Shown: positions 1-9,173 of the stretch, in pieces | Layout: every line of letters begins with the position of its first letter | Numbering within the stretch: the first letter of the stretch is position 1 | Source: Phenylobacterium sp. | Lineage (GTDB): Bacteria; Pseudomonadota; Alphaproteobacteria; Caulobacterales; Caulobacteraceae | Assembly: GCF_034004485.1 (NCBI RefSeq) | Contig: NZ_JAVEWP010000001.1 | DNA: 64,000 nt | Direction: 5' to 3' (one strand) | Position numbers and translations under genes: made by a program | The notes under the pieces: generated by a model | Seen by the model: the letters and a program-made list of their open reading frames with translations, nothing else | The model's database searches: none | What the model was told of the DNA's origin: nothing

Positions 1-1
1 T

Positions 2-769
2 CTGGTCCGCGGCAACTACACGCCCGATATCCGCTTCAGCCTGAGCTCGGGGCAGGACTTCATGGGCGCCTTCCGCCTCAGCGGCGTGTCCGACCATGAG
101 CAGGGGGCGGTGCCGCTCGGCTGGCAGCCGATCAGCGGCGCCAAAGCCTATTTCGCCAGCACCATGGGGGTGGCCGACAGCGGCGATATGATCGTCTGGA
201 GTTCGAGTGAGATCGCGGTTTCGCCGGGTTCGATGCCGACACACCTGTCGCCGGCGGACATTCAGGCCCTGCTAAAGCGCCAGGTCATCCTGTCCCCGCA
301 GACGACACGCTGCGCCATTCCCGCCCAGGTCGCCGACGCCGCGCCCGAGGCGATGTTGCGCATGATCGGCTTCGGCGGTGAGGTGAACTTCAGCTTTCCC
401 CCGCGCCCGGCGGACCCAAAGGCGCCGTGGGCGCCGGAGCATGTGGTGAAGGTGCGCTACGCCTCCATCGCCTCGACGATCCTGGGCATGCCCGATCTGT
501 CCGAAGCGGCGGGTGAGGCCGACGAAGGTCCTCGGGCCGGTCCGCTGCGCGCCGGATCCTTGAACGCCGATCCCCCGAGCGCCAGTCCTCTGAGCGCCAG
601 TCCTCTGAGCGCCAGTCCTCTGAGCGCCGGCAGTTTGCTGGGGGCGGGCCTGGGCGGCCTGCTCAGGGGCTCGTCTCTGCCGGGCGCCTCGGACACGGTC
701 CGTTCTCTGTTGAAGAGACCGGCTCGGCGGCCGCAGGAGACCTCGCCCTCCGTTCCCGGCTCCCACTAA
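2..769 (+). CDS. hypothetical protein, 5' end outside window, with a low-complexity Ala/Ser/Pro/Gly C-terminal tail carrying (SASPL)x3
   Basis: The frame of ORF 62..769 stays open back to nt 2. No family recognised. Confidence 0.4.
   Translation: MVRGNYTPDIRFSLSSGQDFMGAFRLSGVSDHEQGAVPLGWQPISGAKAYFASTMGVADSGDMIVWSSSEIAVSPGSMPTHLSPADIQALLKRQVILSPQTTRCAIPAQVADAAPEAMLRMIGFGGEVNFSFPPRPADPKAPWAPEHVVKVRYASIASTILGMPDLSEAAGEADEGPRAGPLRAGSLNADPPSASPLSASPLSASPLSAGSLLGAGLGGLLRGSSLPGASDTVRSLLKRPARRPQETSPSVPGSH
578..628 (+). repeat. in-frame 15-nt tandem repeat, 3.4 copies (AGCGCCAGTCCTCTG)
   Basis: Perfect copies at 578-592, 593-607 and 608-622, plus a partial copy at 623-628. Encodes SASPL x3. Confidence 0.95.
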
Positions 770-925
770 GTGGGCCGGCCGGCCGGGGGTTCCGGAGGCG
801 GGTCCGCCGGGGGCCGCCGGCACAGGGAGGTCTCGCAGGACGCACGGAGGCGTCGCGCGATTTCCCTTGCAGCGGGCCCTGGGGCGGATCGGTCCGGTTC
901 CGGATGGACCCGGACCTCGGCCCCC

Positions 926-1636
926 TCAGGGCTTCCGGTCCAACGCCGTCCCATTCACGTGCAGCGTCGCCGGCGAGCGCCCCGGCGGGACTGCCGGCGG
1001 CGTTGCGACCATCAGATAGGCCGTGAGCCCGCTGTCATACCGCAGCTCCAGCGTCCCGCGCCGGATGCTGTAGGCCCCGTTTCCAGAGCGCGGCATTCGA
1101 CCTTGTCGCTGAGCCGAGTCGGCGCCTAGATCGGCCCAGGAGAGGTACGGCAACAAGCCAGTCTCGCTGAAGCGGCCGGACTCCGTCAGCCGAATGGCCG
1201 TGATGGGCTTAGTCGACCCGGGGTCGAAGATCCCCCAGGTCCCCTCGAGCCGCGCGTTGTCCAGCAGATGCATGGCGCGATAGCCCTGTGTCGAGCCGGA
1301 CTTCCGCAGCACTCCGGACGCATCCATCGTGAAGCGAGTCTCCGCGCCCGCGGCAGCGTTGTGGAACACCACCTGAGCGCCCTGCCGGCGCCAGGTTCCG
1401 CATTCCGCGAAACGGCATTCGTAGTCCCAGTCAATGGGACGACCGAGCCCCTCGGTCGGATAGCCGCGCAGCGCGCGCCCATCGTGCAGGAAGGTGTAGT
1501 GTTCGGCGCGGACCTTGTTATTGAGCTGATCGGCGCGAAAGCCGTAGTAGACGCCAGCGGGATCGCCCTGGGCGAAGGCGGTTGCGGAGCTGAACAGGGC
1601 CGCGCAGGCGATAAGCGCAGTGGGCAGGTGTCGCAT
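926..1636 (-). CDS. secreted hypothetical protein
   Basis: Sec-type signal peptide MRHLPTALIACAALFSSATAFA-QG. Non-shadow amino-acid composition. No family recognised. Confidence 0.6.
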   Translation of the reverse strand: MRHLPTALIACAALFSSATAFAQGDPAGVYYGFRADQLNNKVRAEHYTFLHDGRALRGYPTEGLGRPIDWDYECRFAECGTWRRQGAQVVFHNAAAGAETRFTMDASGVLRKSGSTQGYRAMHLLDNARLEGTWGIFDPGSTKPITAIRLTESGRFSETGLLPYLSWADLGADSAQRQGRMPRSGNGAYSIRRGTLELRYDSGLTAYLMVATPPAVPPGRSPATLHVNGTALDRKP

Positions 1637-1790
1637 CGGGGAGTCTCTTGTAGGGTCGGCGGTCTTGCCGACGGCGGAGCATCCATCAACGGCCGGCCGC
1701 CCGCCTCGTCCGTTCGCAGGAGGCTCACTTTCAAGCCGTGGCGCTCCTGCTGCGAGGGGCTATGGGAGGCGAGGCTCTCCGGAGACCCGC

Positions 1791-2252
1791 TCAGTCGGAC
1801 TCCCACGGCGTGCCGGCCGGGCAGGGCCCGATCTTGCGGCTCTCGAGCCGCATGTGCATGGCCTGATCAACTCCGTCCATGCTGGAGCGGGTGGCGATCA
1901 CAATCCTGGCGGGGGAGAATTCCGCCGACCCGGTCGTGCGGGACGTCACGCCGTCCTGAGTACAGACGGTGGTGAACGTATAGCCGCGAGCGGTGTCCGA
2001 GCGCGTGACCTTGGCGCACCCGGCGTCCCTGGCGAAGCGCGCCAAGGGATCGAACGCGCCGCTCCTGACGCAGGCGCGCGCCACGTCGGGCATCTGCTCA
2101 CCGCCAATGAAGACGCGGGTCTCCCACAAGCCCGCCTCGTGCAGCTTGCCGGCGGCGGCCCCCTGACGGGCCGGCTCCGAGGGTGGTGAACAGCCAGCCA
2201 CGCCGATCACCGCGCCGAGCGCGGCGACAATGAGGAGTCTTGTCAACGTCAT
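1791..2252 (-). CDS. lipoprotein, DUF3617-like
   Basis: Start moved to MTLTRLLIVAALGAVIGVAGC, which has a lipobox (VAGC). The GLWE motif after the signal is typical of DUF3617. Confidence 0.55.
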   Translation of the reverse strand: MTLTRLLIVAALGAVIGVAGCSPPSEPARQGAAAGKLHEAGLWETRVFIGGEQMPDVARACVRSGAFDPLARFARDAGCAKVTRSDTARGYTFTTVCTQDGVTSRTTGSAEFSPARIVIATRSSMDGVDQAMHMRLESRKIGPCPAGTPWESD

Positions 2253-2367
2253 GTCCCTCACTTGATCGTCCGCCACCCAGGTGGAGAGGCGGCGGCCTAC
2301 GCTTGTGCGGCGTGCGGGTGGTCGGCGCCTCGTCCGAACGGACGAGAGGATGCGGCGAAGGATCGGA

Positions 2368-4920
2368 CTACGGGGAAGTCACCTCGGCGGCCATCAGCCG
2401 CGTCTCGATGGATCGTCGCGTCAGTAGCAGCTCGCCATCGGGCCGAACCGCGAAACTGACCAGGAGCAGAAGGTCCGAGGTATCCTCCAGAGGCGTATCC
2501 CGACCGCTGGCGAGATCGCGGCGCCAGATCCGTCCGCCCAGCCCGTCGGGCGATCGGCGAACATGGAACAGGCCGCCGCCCCGGCTGTCCCAGTTGATCC
2601 AATCCCAAGCCTGCTGGTCTTCAAGGATCAGCGTCCGGGCGCCCGTCTCCCGCCCATCGACGAGGCGCAGCCGCCAGATGCCCGGACGGCCGTCCAGGAT
2701 GGCGAGCAGCCGGTCGTTCCCGTCCGTACGGACGGCCCGGGGACCCGGCGCGCTGACCGGCGCGATGCCGCCGCCAGACGCGTTGATCCGCCAGATCCGC
2801 CAGACGCCGCCGCGACGGGAGGTGAAGTAGATCCCGGTCCCGTCCTCCGACCAGACCGGCGAGGCGTCGGCGGCCACATCATCCGTCAGCGCCGTCACGC
2901 GGCCGGTTTCGCGATCGGCTATGTAGAGATCCGAGGCGCCGTCGCGCGTGGCGACGAACACGACGCGCCGGCTATCCGGCGACCACCGCGGTTCACTGAT
3001 CGTCGCCCCCGGTATTGCCGCGACGGCCGTAGGCTGGCCCTGGGCCTGGATCCACAGCCGCTCGCCGCCGTCCCGATCGGAGACCATCGCCATCGCCCCA
3101 TCGGCCGCGATCGTCGCAAACCAATCGGAGTAGCGCCCCTCCGGGGAGGGGGTGTCGGCGACCGGTCGCCGCACGCCGTCGTCACCGGCCTGCACCAGGT
3201 CGGTCCGGTCCGAAATGACCTCGAAGACCAGTCGGTCCTGGTCCCGCGCCGCGGACAGGGCGCGAAAGTCCAGTAGGCCGGCCGAGATGCGCTTCGGACT
3301 CCCGCCGCCGCGCGCGGGCGCCCACCAGAGGCCCGTGTCGCCGCCGCGGTTGGAGGAGAAGAAGACACCCCTGCCGGTGCGGTCCCAGGCCAGGCTCCAT
3401 ATTCGCCCGCCGTCGACCGTCAGCTGCGAGGTCCGGCCCCTCGCGATGTCCAGCACATGGACATTGGCCGACGTCCAACTGCTCCGGCGCAGGAAGGCGA
3501 TCTGCTTCCCATCCGGTGAGACCGCAGGCGCTTCATCGCCGTCGATCTCGGCCGGACTGGTCGTCAAGGCGCGGGAACGGCCGGTTTCGAGGTCGAGCCG
3601 GAAAAGGCCGCTCGGGAATCCTGGAGCGGCCTTGTCGGTGAAGTAGATCGCCTTGCCGTCCGCCGACCAGGCGAGGCGCGACGTGGTCGCCACGCGGCAC
3701 GCGCCGACGACCCGTTCGTGCCCGTTCGGCGGAGTCATCACGATGATGCGGCAAGGCGCCCCACCTGTGGCCTGTGATCGCGTGAAGGCGAGAACACGTC
3801 CATCCGGCGACCAAGCGGCATTGTCATCGATGGCGGGGTCGGTGGTCAGGCGGATCGGGGCGCCGCCGGTCAGGGCTCGCAGGTAGAGGTCGCTGTTGCC
3901 AGGCGTGATGCGGCGCGACGTGTGGGCCACCAGCTCCCCGTTGGGCGACAGCGCCGGATGGGTCATTTCGGGTTGCCGCGCGAGTATGGTGACCAGCGGA
4001 CCCAGCGTCGGCGCCTCCGGGGGCAGGCGGCGCCATCCGGCAAGACCGGCCGCCACGACGCCGAAGATCACGACAGCGCACCCTGCAAGCCACCAGAGGC
4101 GCCGGCGTGGCCAGCGCCGCCTCGCCGTGGCGACGGGCGCCTCAACCGTAGCGCTCGCGGGGGTGTCCGCCTCCGGCCGCGACCTCCGACGTTCGGCGAT
4201 CTTCCGATACAGGACGCGTGTCTCGTCTTCCGGCTGAGCGCCGAGCTCACGATCGAGCAATGCGACGAGCTCACGGTATTGCTCGATCGCGGCGGCGGGG
4301 CGCCCCTGACGGGCGTGCAGCCTCATCAGCGCCCGGCGCGCGCCCTCCTGGAAGGGATCGAACTGGAGTATGCGCAAGGCCGTCTGCATCGCAGCCTCAG
4401 CGGTCTCCGGCGCCGACATCTCGGCCTCCAGCCTGCGTGCCAGAAGCGCAAGCTGAGTCTCCCTGAGGCGCTGTCTTTCGAGCCGGGCCCAGGCCTCGAA
4501 TTCGTGGGCGTCTCGGATCGTGAAGTCCTGCAGGAACTCGCCTGTCAATTCCTCCAGCGGCAGATCGGGCGACGGCGTGACACCACGGGCGGCCGCTTCC
4601 AGCGTGTCGATGTCGCAAGCAACCACGTCGGCCCGCAACTCGACCTGCTCCCGCGTGATCAGCAGCAGATCGCTCCCGTTCGCCTCACCCACCGCTTTGC
4701 GCAGAATCGAGAGCGCCTTGCGCAGGTTGAGTTTGGCCTGGGCGCTATCGGTGTCGGGCCAAAGCAATGCGGCGAGCCGCTCCCGGGACGCTCGACGCTC
4801 GGGCCGCAGGGCCAGGTAAGCGAGGAGGCCTAAGGCCTTGCGCGTTGGAAGCGCAACCGGCCTCCCCGACGGCGCGCGCAGCTCGCATCGGCCCAGGAGC
4901 GATAGTCGCCAGATACTCAC
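2368..4920 (-). CDS. membrane-anchored transcriptional regulator: winged-helix + BTAD (SARP-like) domain, one TM helix, TolB-like beta-propeller
   Basis: N-terminus LLGRCELR...ALGLLAYLAL...LWPD plus a BTAD-like helical region (YRELVALLDRELGAQPEDETRVLYRKI). TM segment WWLAGCAVVIFGVVAAGLAGW. Repeated PD40-type motifs follow (LSPNGELVAH, WSPDGRVLAF, VSPDGKQIAF, WSPDSRRVVF). Confidence 0.8.
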   Translation of the reverse strand: MSIWRLSLLGRCELRAPSGRPVALPTRKALGLLAYLALRPERRASRERLAALLWPDTDSAQAKLNLRKALSILRKAVGEANGSDLLLITREQVELRADVVACDIDTLEAAARGVTPSPDLPLEELTGEFLQDFTIRDAHEFEAWARLERQRLRETQLALLARRLEAEMSAPETAEAAMQTALRILQFDPFQEGARRALMRLHARQGRPAAAIEQYRELVALLDRELGAQPEDETRVLYRKIAERRRSRPEADTPASATVEAPVATARRRWPRRRLWWLAGCAVVIFGVVAAGLAGWRRLPPEAPTLGPLVTILARQPEMTHPALSPNGELVAHTSRRITPGNSDLYLRALTGGAPIRLTTDPAIDDNAAWSPDGRVLAFTRSQATGGAPCRIIVMTPPNGHERVVGACRVATTSRLAWSADGKAIYFTDKAAPGFPSGLFRLDLETGRSRALTTSPAEIDGDEAPAVSPDGKQIAFLRRSSWTSANVHVLDIARGRTSQLTVDGGRIWSLAWDRTGRGVFFSSNRGGDTGLWWAPARGGGSPKRISAGLLDFRALSAARDQDRLVFEVISDRTDLVQAGDDGVRRPVADTPSPEGRYSDWFATIAADGAMAMVSDRDGGERLWIQAQGQPTAVAAIPGATISEPRWSPDSRRVVFVATRDGASDLYIADRETGRVTALTDDVAADASPVWSEDGTGIYFTSRRGGVWRIWRINASGGGIAPVSAPGPRAVRTDGNDRLLAILDGRPGIWRLRLVDGRETGARTLILEDQQAWDWINWDSRGGGLFHVRRSPDGLGGRIWRRDLASGRDTPLEDTSDLLLLVSFAVRPDGELLLTRRSIETRLMAAEVTSP

Positions 4921-4995
4921 GCCACCCCACGTCCCACCGGGGGAACCTACACGCTCGCCCTCGGGAACTCACTCGGGAATCAGTCGCACCTTCCG

Positions 4996-5655
4996 TCAAG
5001 CATTCGCTGGTTCGAGCGCCAGGCGCAGGGCCGGGTCGGTCAGCGCTCTTCGGACCAGGTCGGCCTGGCGGCTCTCACCAAACTTGAGGAACAACTGGCG
5101 CAGATGGGTCTTGGCGGTTGTCTGCTTGATGCCGAGGCGCGCCGCGAGGTCCGCGACCCGGTGGCCATCGATCAAGCCGCTCAGCAGCCGGGCCTCCGCG
5201 GGGGTGAGGTCAAAGGCGCTCTGCAGGCGCCGGCAGTCAAGAGGCGGCGGACCTTCGGCCGCCATTAGCATGGCCAACCTCTGGTCGCCGGGCCAGTCGA
5301 GTGGAGCCACCACCATGCGAAGGGCGTGGCTGGCCTCTTCGATGGTGTCGACGAGAACTTCCTGCGCGCGCCCCCCGGGTCCTGCGGCGGCCGCGATGGC
5401 GTGGCGAAGCACCGGGGTCGCGCGCTCGTCGGCCGTGGTCAGCCGGTCACCAACCAGCCGGAGTTCCGCGCCGATGAGCGCCTCTCCGTAGTGATTGGCG
5501 AATTGCAGCCGCCCAAGGTGGTCGGTGACCAGGACGGCGATCCTCGCGTGTCCCAATGCCTGACTGAGCGCGCTTCCAACCAGCGCACCTCCGCTGTCAG
5601 GCGTCATAAGCAGCCCAGCGCTACGTGGCGACCGGACACTGTAAGCTGTAGCCAT
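4996..5655 (-). CDS. LuxR/GerE-family transcriptional regulator with an N-terminal sensor-like domain
   Basis: C-terminal HTH LTPAEARLLSGLIDGHRVADLAARLGIKQTTAKTHLRQLFLKFG. Confidence 0.75.
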   Translation of the reverse strand: MATAYSVRSPRSAGLLMTPDSGGALVGSALSQALGHARIAVLVTDHLGRLQFANHYGEALIGAELRLVGDRLTTADERATPVLRHAIAAAAGPGGRAQEVLVDTIEEASHALRMVVAPLDWPGDQRLAMLMAAEGPPPLDCRRLQSAFDLTPAEARLLSGLIDGHRVADLAARLGIKQTTAKTHLRQLFLKFGESRQADLVRRALTDPALRLALEPANA

Positions 5656-5716
5656 GTGCCTTCTCCCGCTTTGTCAGGAGAGGTTCACGGTGCTGGCGCC
5701 GCACGCCGTGGCGTGG

Positions 5717-5741
5717 AGCGTGAAATCAGCGTGAAATCAGC
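5717..5741. repeat. 11-bp direct tandem repeat AGCGTGAAATC x2 (+AGC) upstream of the LuxR-type gene
   Basis: Perfect copies at 5717-5727 and 5728-5738, lying 62-86 nt upstream of the start at 5655. Confidence 0.9.
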
Positions 5742-6046
5742 ACTTGGAAGCGAATTTTCGCGTCCGAGGCGTTCGGCGCGGCGGCGGAGGGAGCCGGATC
5801 CTGCAGCCCTCCTCGTGTCGCCCCGTCCAGTTCGATGCACAGGTGCGTCAGGGGGCGCTGAAGGTACGCTTCACGGCGACGCGACAGCCCGAGCCGCTGG
5901 GATAGAGGACGCAGGTGAGGCGCCTGGCGGCGTCGTACTGGAAGGTTGCGCTGCTCTGGGGCAGGGCGGGGGTGGTCCTCGGACCAACTTAAGGGATGGA
6001 TCACTACGCGGGGGTCAGACCACGATTGGGAGCCCGCCAAGCCCGC

Positions 6047-7453
6047 TCACCCCGCCGCGCCCGCCGGCTGCCGGGCCGACATCGCAAGCGCCCGGCGGTA
6101 CTCGCGCGCCGCTTCCTCGACCGCGGGGGCGACGTCGCGGGGCAGCAGCACCCCGGCGGTGACGGCGGCGTCTGCCGCCTGCTTGAACCTGGCGAGATAG
6201 CCGGCCTCGTCGCCGTAGAGGGCGGAAAGCGTCGCGGCGTCGAACGGGCGGTTGGAGCCGCGCAGGCGCCCGGCGAAGTCGTCGGTGACCGGGGTTGCGC
6301 TATTCATCGCCACCGGCGCGTCGGCCTGCGGCAGGCGGGCGCCGCCCCGGGCTATGCCGTGCTCGTTGCGCAGCGGCCGGCCGTCGGCGTCGAACTCGAT
6401 CAGCGGCTGGCTGGGCGGCGGGGCGCCGCCGTTCACCCAGCGGTTCAGGTGGTGCAGAGCCGCGTCGTAGAAGGGCTGCAGGTAGATGCGGTTCATCTGC
6501 TCGGACGGCGCCGGCGGCGCCAGGCCGAATTCGCGCTGATACTTGGCGTTGCGGGTCAGCTGCGCCTGGTAGGAGACGTGGGTCAGGGCCGCCGCCTCCC
6601 AGGTGCGGAAGCGATCGGTGTCCGGCTGACGCACGCCCTGGCAGGCGATCGCCTCGAGCTCGGTGTTGACGATCATCGCCGGCACGTCGAGGTCCTCGCG
6701 GATCAGGTTGGCGCCGCGGAGCATGGGGCGGGTGTTTCCCGCCGCCGGGTTGACCGGCCGGTCGCTGTTCTCCAGCGGCGTGCCGGCGCCGAAGTAGATC
6801 TGCAGCATGAAGCCGTCGAAGGCATGGCCGCCTTCCTCCGGCGGCAGCGGATGGATGGCGTTGACGTAGGTCGACAGCCGCCCGGCCGACTGCGAGGCGC
6901 CGATGCCGATCACCTTGCGCACGTCCAGGCCGCCGAGCGGGTCGACGGTGCGGTCTCGCGCCGGGCCGACCGCGCGGGCGACCTGGGTGTAGATGTCGTA
7001 GGTGGCGTCGTCGGTGGGGATTGCGAGGTCGCCGTAGCGCTCGGGGTCCCAGGCGACCAGGCCCTGCGGATTCTGGGCGAATCCGTGGACGCCGACCCTC
7101 TGGACGCTGGCGCAGACGAAGGCGTAGCCGCCTTCCAGCACTTCCGGGCTCTCGCCGAAGAACAGCTCGTACCCGGCGGTGACGTTGTTCCAGCAGACCA
7201 CCACCGTCCCGTTGAACTTCGCCGGATCGGCCGGCCGATAGACCAGGAAGCGGGTCTTGAACGGGACCTTGCCCTTGGGCCGGGCCAACCACTTCCCGTC
7301 GCGCCCGAACGCGGCCCCGGGCGCCGGCGCATAGGTCGTCGCCTCGCCGGATAGAATGTACTCGGCCTCGACGTAGCCCTTCTCGCGCAGGTCGATCAGC
7401 GGCCGGGCGAAGGGCCAGCCGTGCCTGCCCCCGGTGACGGGTCCTTCGATCAT
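6047..7453 (-). CDS. alpha/beta-hydrolase-like protein (468 aa)
   Basis: Real start taken at MIEGPVTGG (ATG at 7453), by counting 468 residues back from the stop. GIGASQSAG resembles a nucleophile elbow (GxSxxG). The upstream 420 codons of ORF 6047..8722 are an Arg/Pro/Gly shadow frame of the neighbouring gene. Confidence 0.65.
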   Translation of the reverse strand: MIEGPVTGGRHGWPFARPLIDLREKGYVEAEYILSGEATTYAPAPGAAFGRDGKWLARPKGKVPFKTRFLVYRPADPAKFNGTVVVCWNNVTAGYELFFGESPEVLEGGYAFVCASVQRVGVHGFAQNPQGLVAWDPERYGDLAIPTDDATYDIYTQVARAVGPARDRTVDPLGGLDVRKVIGIGASQSAGRLSTYVNAIHPLPPEEGGHAFDGFMLQIYFGAGTPLENSDRPVNPAAGNTRPMLRGANLIREDLDVPAMIVNTELEAIACQGVRQPDTDRFRTWEAAALTHVSYQAQLTRNAKYQREFGLAPPAPSEQMNRIYLQPFYDAALHHLNRWVNGGAPPPSQPLIEFDADGRPLRNEHGIARGGARLPQADAPVAMNSATPVTDDFAGRLRGSNRPFDAATLSALYGDEAGYLARFKQAADAAVTAGVLLPRDVAPAVEEAAREYRRALAMSARQPAGAAG

Positions 7454-7511
7454 CTCGTCCTCCCTGACGGCCGGCCTTCGAGCGGGCCTTCGAGGCCCAG
7501 CGGGCGGTGTT

Positions 7512-7535
7512 CCTGGCCGCCTCGCAGCGGCCAGG
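7512..7535 (-). terminator. GC-rich hairpin downstream of the acyl-CoA synthetase gene
   Basis: CCTGGCCGC-ctcgca-GCGGCCAGG, a perfect 9-bp stem 17 nt past the stop. No U-tract. Confidence 0.4.
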
Positions 7536-7551
7536 ATCCTGATATGGGGCG

Positions 7552-9135
7552 TCAGATCGCGCGGCTGCGGCCGGCCCAGTAGGGGGCGCGGACCTTGTTC
7601 CGCTGAATCTTGCCGGCTTCGCTGCGCGGCAGGTCGTCCACGAAGTCGATGCCGCGCGGCACCTTGTACTTGGCCAGCACCCGGGCCGCGTAGTCGAGGA
7701 TCTCGCGCTTCAGCTCCTCGGAGGGCTCGTAGCCCTCGCGCAGCTGGATCACCGCCCGGACCTCCTCGCCCCACTCCTCGTGCGGGATGCCGACGCAGCA
7801 GCTGTCCTCCACCGCCGGATGCTTGATCAGCTCGTTGTCGATCTCCTGCGGATAGATGTTCACCCCGCCGGCGATGATGGTCTCGGCGCTGCGCCCGGTG
7901 AGGAACAGCCAGTCGTCCTCGTCCAGGTAGCCGATGTCGCCCATGGTGAAGTAGTCGCCGCGCCGGTTGGCGTAGGTCTTGGTGTCGTCCTTCCAGTAGC
8001 TGAAGCCGCCCTGGTCCTTGAGGCTGAGGTAGATGTGGCCGGGCACGCCGGGCGGGCACTCGTTGCCCTCGTCGTCGAGGATCTTGGCGGCGTCCTTGTG
8101 CGGCCGTCGGCCCACCGTGCCGGGGCGCGCGAGCCACTGCTCGGAGGTCACCGTGAAGCCGACGCCGCCTTCGGAGCCGGCGTAGTATTCGTAGAGGATC
8201 GGCCCGAGCCATTCGATCATCGCCCGCTTCACCTCGGGCGGGCAGGGCGCCGCCCCGTGGGTGATCCGGCGCAAAGAGGAGAGGTCGTACTTGGCCCGCA
8301 CCTCCTCTGGCAGGGCCAGCATCCGCTGGAACATGATCGGCACGAAGTGGCCGCGGGTGACCTTCTGGTCCTGGATGGTCTTGAGCACGAACTCGGTATC
8401 CCACTTGTCCATCAGGACGGTGGGCACGCCGTTGTTCAGCGCCCGGCGGATATCCCCGGCCAGCGGCGAGGCGTGGTAGGCCGGGCCGGTGCAGATGTGC
8501 TTGTCGACCGCGCGGTCGTAGATCGCATCGAAGCCGCCGATGGCCTGGGCGTTGGGCTTGTGGACGCCCTTCGGCCGGCCGGTGGTGCCCGAGCTGTAGA
8601 GCATGGTCGAGCCGCGCACCGGGTCGGTGATGTCGTCGGCCGGGTAGTCGTCGATGGTTTCGTGGGGGATGAAGCCCGGCAGGTCGCCGCCGATCGAGAC
8701 CTTCAGGACCAGCAGCGGGCACTGGGCCGCGGCCTCGGCCACGCCTTCGACCCGGGTGTCGGCGAACACCGCGCGGGCCTCGCAGTTGTCGATGACGTAG
8801 GCGATCTCCTCGGGCTTGAGATGCCAGTTCACCGGCGTCATCCGGAAGCCGCCGCGCAGGCAGGCGAACAGCACGTCGGGGAACTCGAGCCGGTTGGAGC
8901 AGACGATGGCAACCGCATCACCGGCATTCAGCCCCCGGTCGCGCATCAGCCGCACCAGCCGGTTGGCGTTGGCGTTCAGCTCGCCGAAGGTGCGTGTCCG
9001 GCCGGTGGCGGCCTCCAGCACGGCCATCTTCTGCGGCCAGATCTGCGCCCACACGGCCGTGCACATGCCGGAGTCCACGGCCGCGTCGACCCTCGCCTTG
9101 AGGTCGGACTGGTCCAGGGTCGCCGATAGGGTCAT
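7552..9135 (-). CDS. AMP-dependent acyl-CoA synthetase/ligase
   Basis: AMP-binding signature YSSGTTGRPKGV and C-terminal GKIQRNKV. 527 aa. Confidence 0.85.
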   Translation of the reverse strand: MTLSATLDQSDLKARVDAAVDSGMCTAVWAQIWPQKMAVLEAATGRTRTFGELNANANRLVRLMRDRGLNAGDAVAIVCSNRLEFPDVLFACLRGGFRMTPVNWHLKPEEIAYVIDNCEARAVFADTRVEGVAEAAAQCPLLVLKVSIGGDLPGFIPHETIDDYPADDITDPVRGSTMLYSSGTTGRPKGVHKPNAQAIGGFDAIYDRAVDKHICTGPAYHASPLAGDIRRALNNGVPTVLMDKWDTEFVLKTIQDQKVTRGHFVPIMFQRMLALPEEVRAKYDLSSLRRITHGAAPCPPEVKRAMIEWLGPILYEYYAGSEGGVGFTVTSEQWLARPGTVGRRPHKDAAKILDDEGNECPPGVPGHIYLSLKDQGGFSYWKDDTKTYANRRGDYFTMGDIGYLDEDDWLFLTGRSAETIIAGGVNIYPQEIDNELIKHPAVEDSCCVGIPHEEWGEEVRAVIQLREGYEPSEELKREILDYAARVLAKYKVPRGIDFVDDLPRSEAGKIQRNKVRAPYWAGRSRAI

Positions 9136-9173
9136 TCCGCTTCCTCCCGGTTTTCTCGTTGCAGGCCCGCCGC

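Noticed and set aside
5726-6040. A 104-aa ORF filling the long intergenic region upstream of the LuxR-type gene.
   Set aside because: It is Arg/Pro/Ser-rich, has no RBS or family signal, and overlaps the tandem repeat. It is more likely non-coding regulatory DNA.
6047-8722. An 891-aa ORF suggesting a large hydrolase fusion.
   Set aside because: The N-terminal ~420 codons are an Arg/Pro/His-rich alternative frame of the acyl-CoA synthetase gene (7552..9135). The credible start is MIEGP at 7453. The same N-terminal-extension artefact applies to ORFs 48869..52030, 22286..25102, 25845..27545, 31693..33768, 53404..55005, 37655..39340, 11960..13327, 35091..36197 and 40756..42120.
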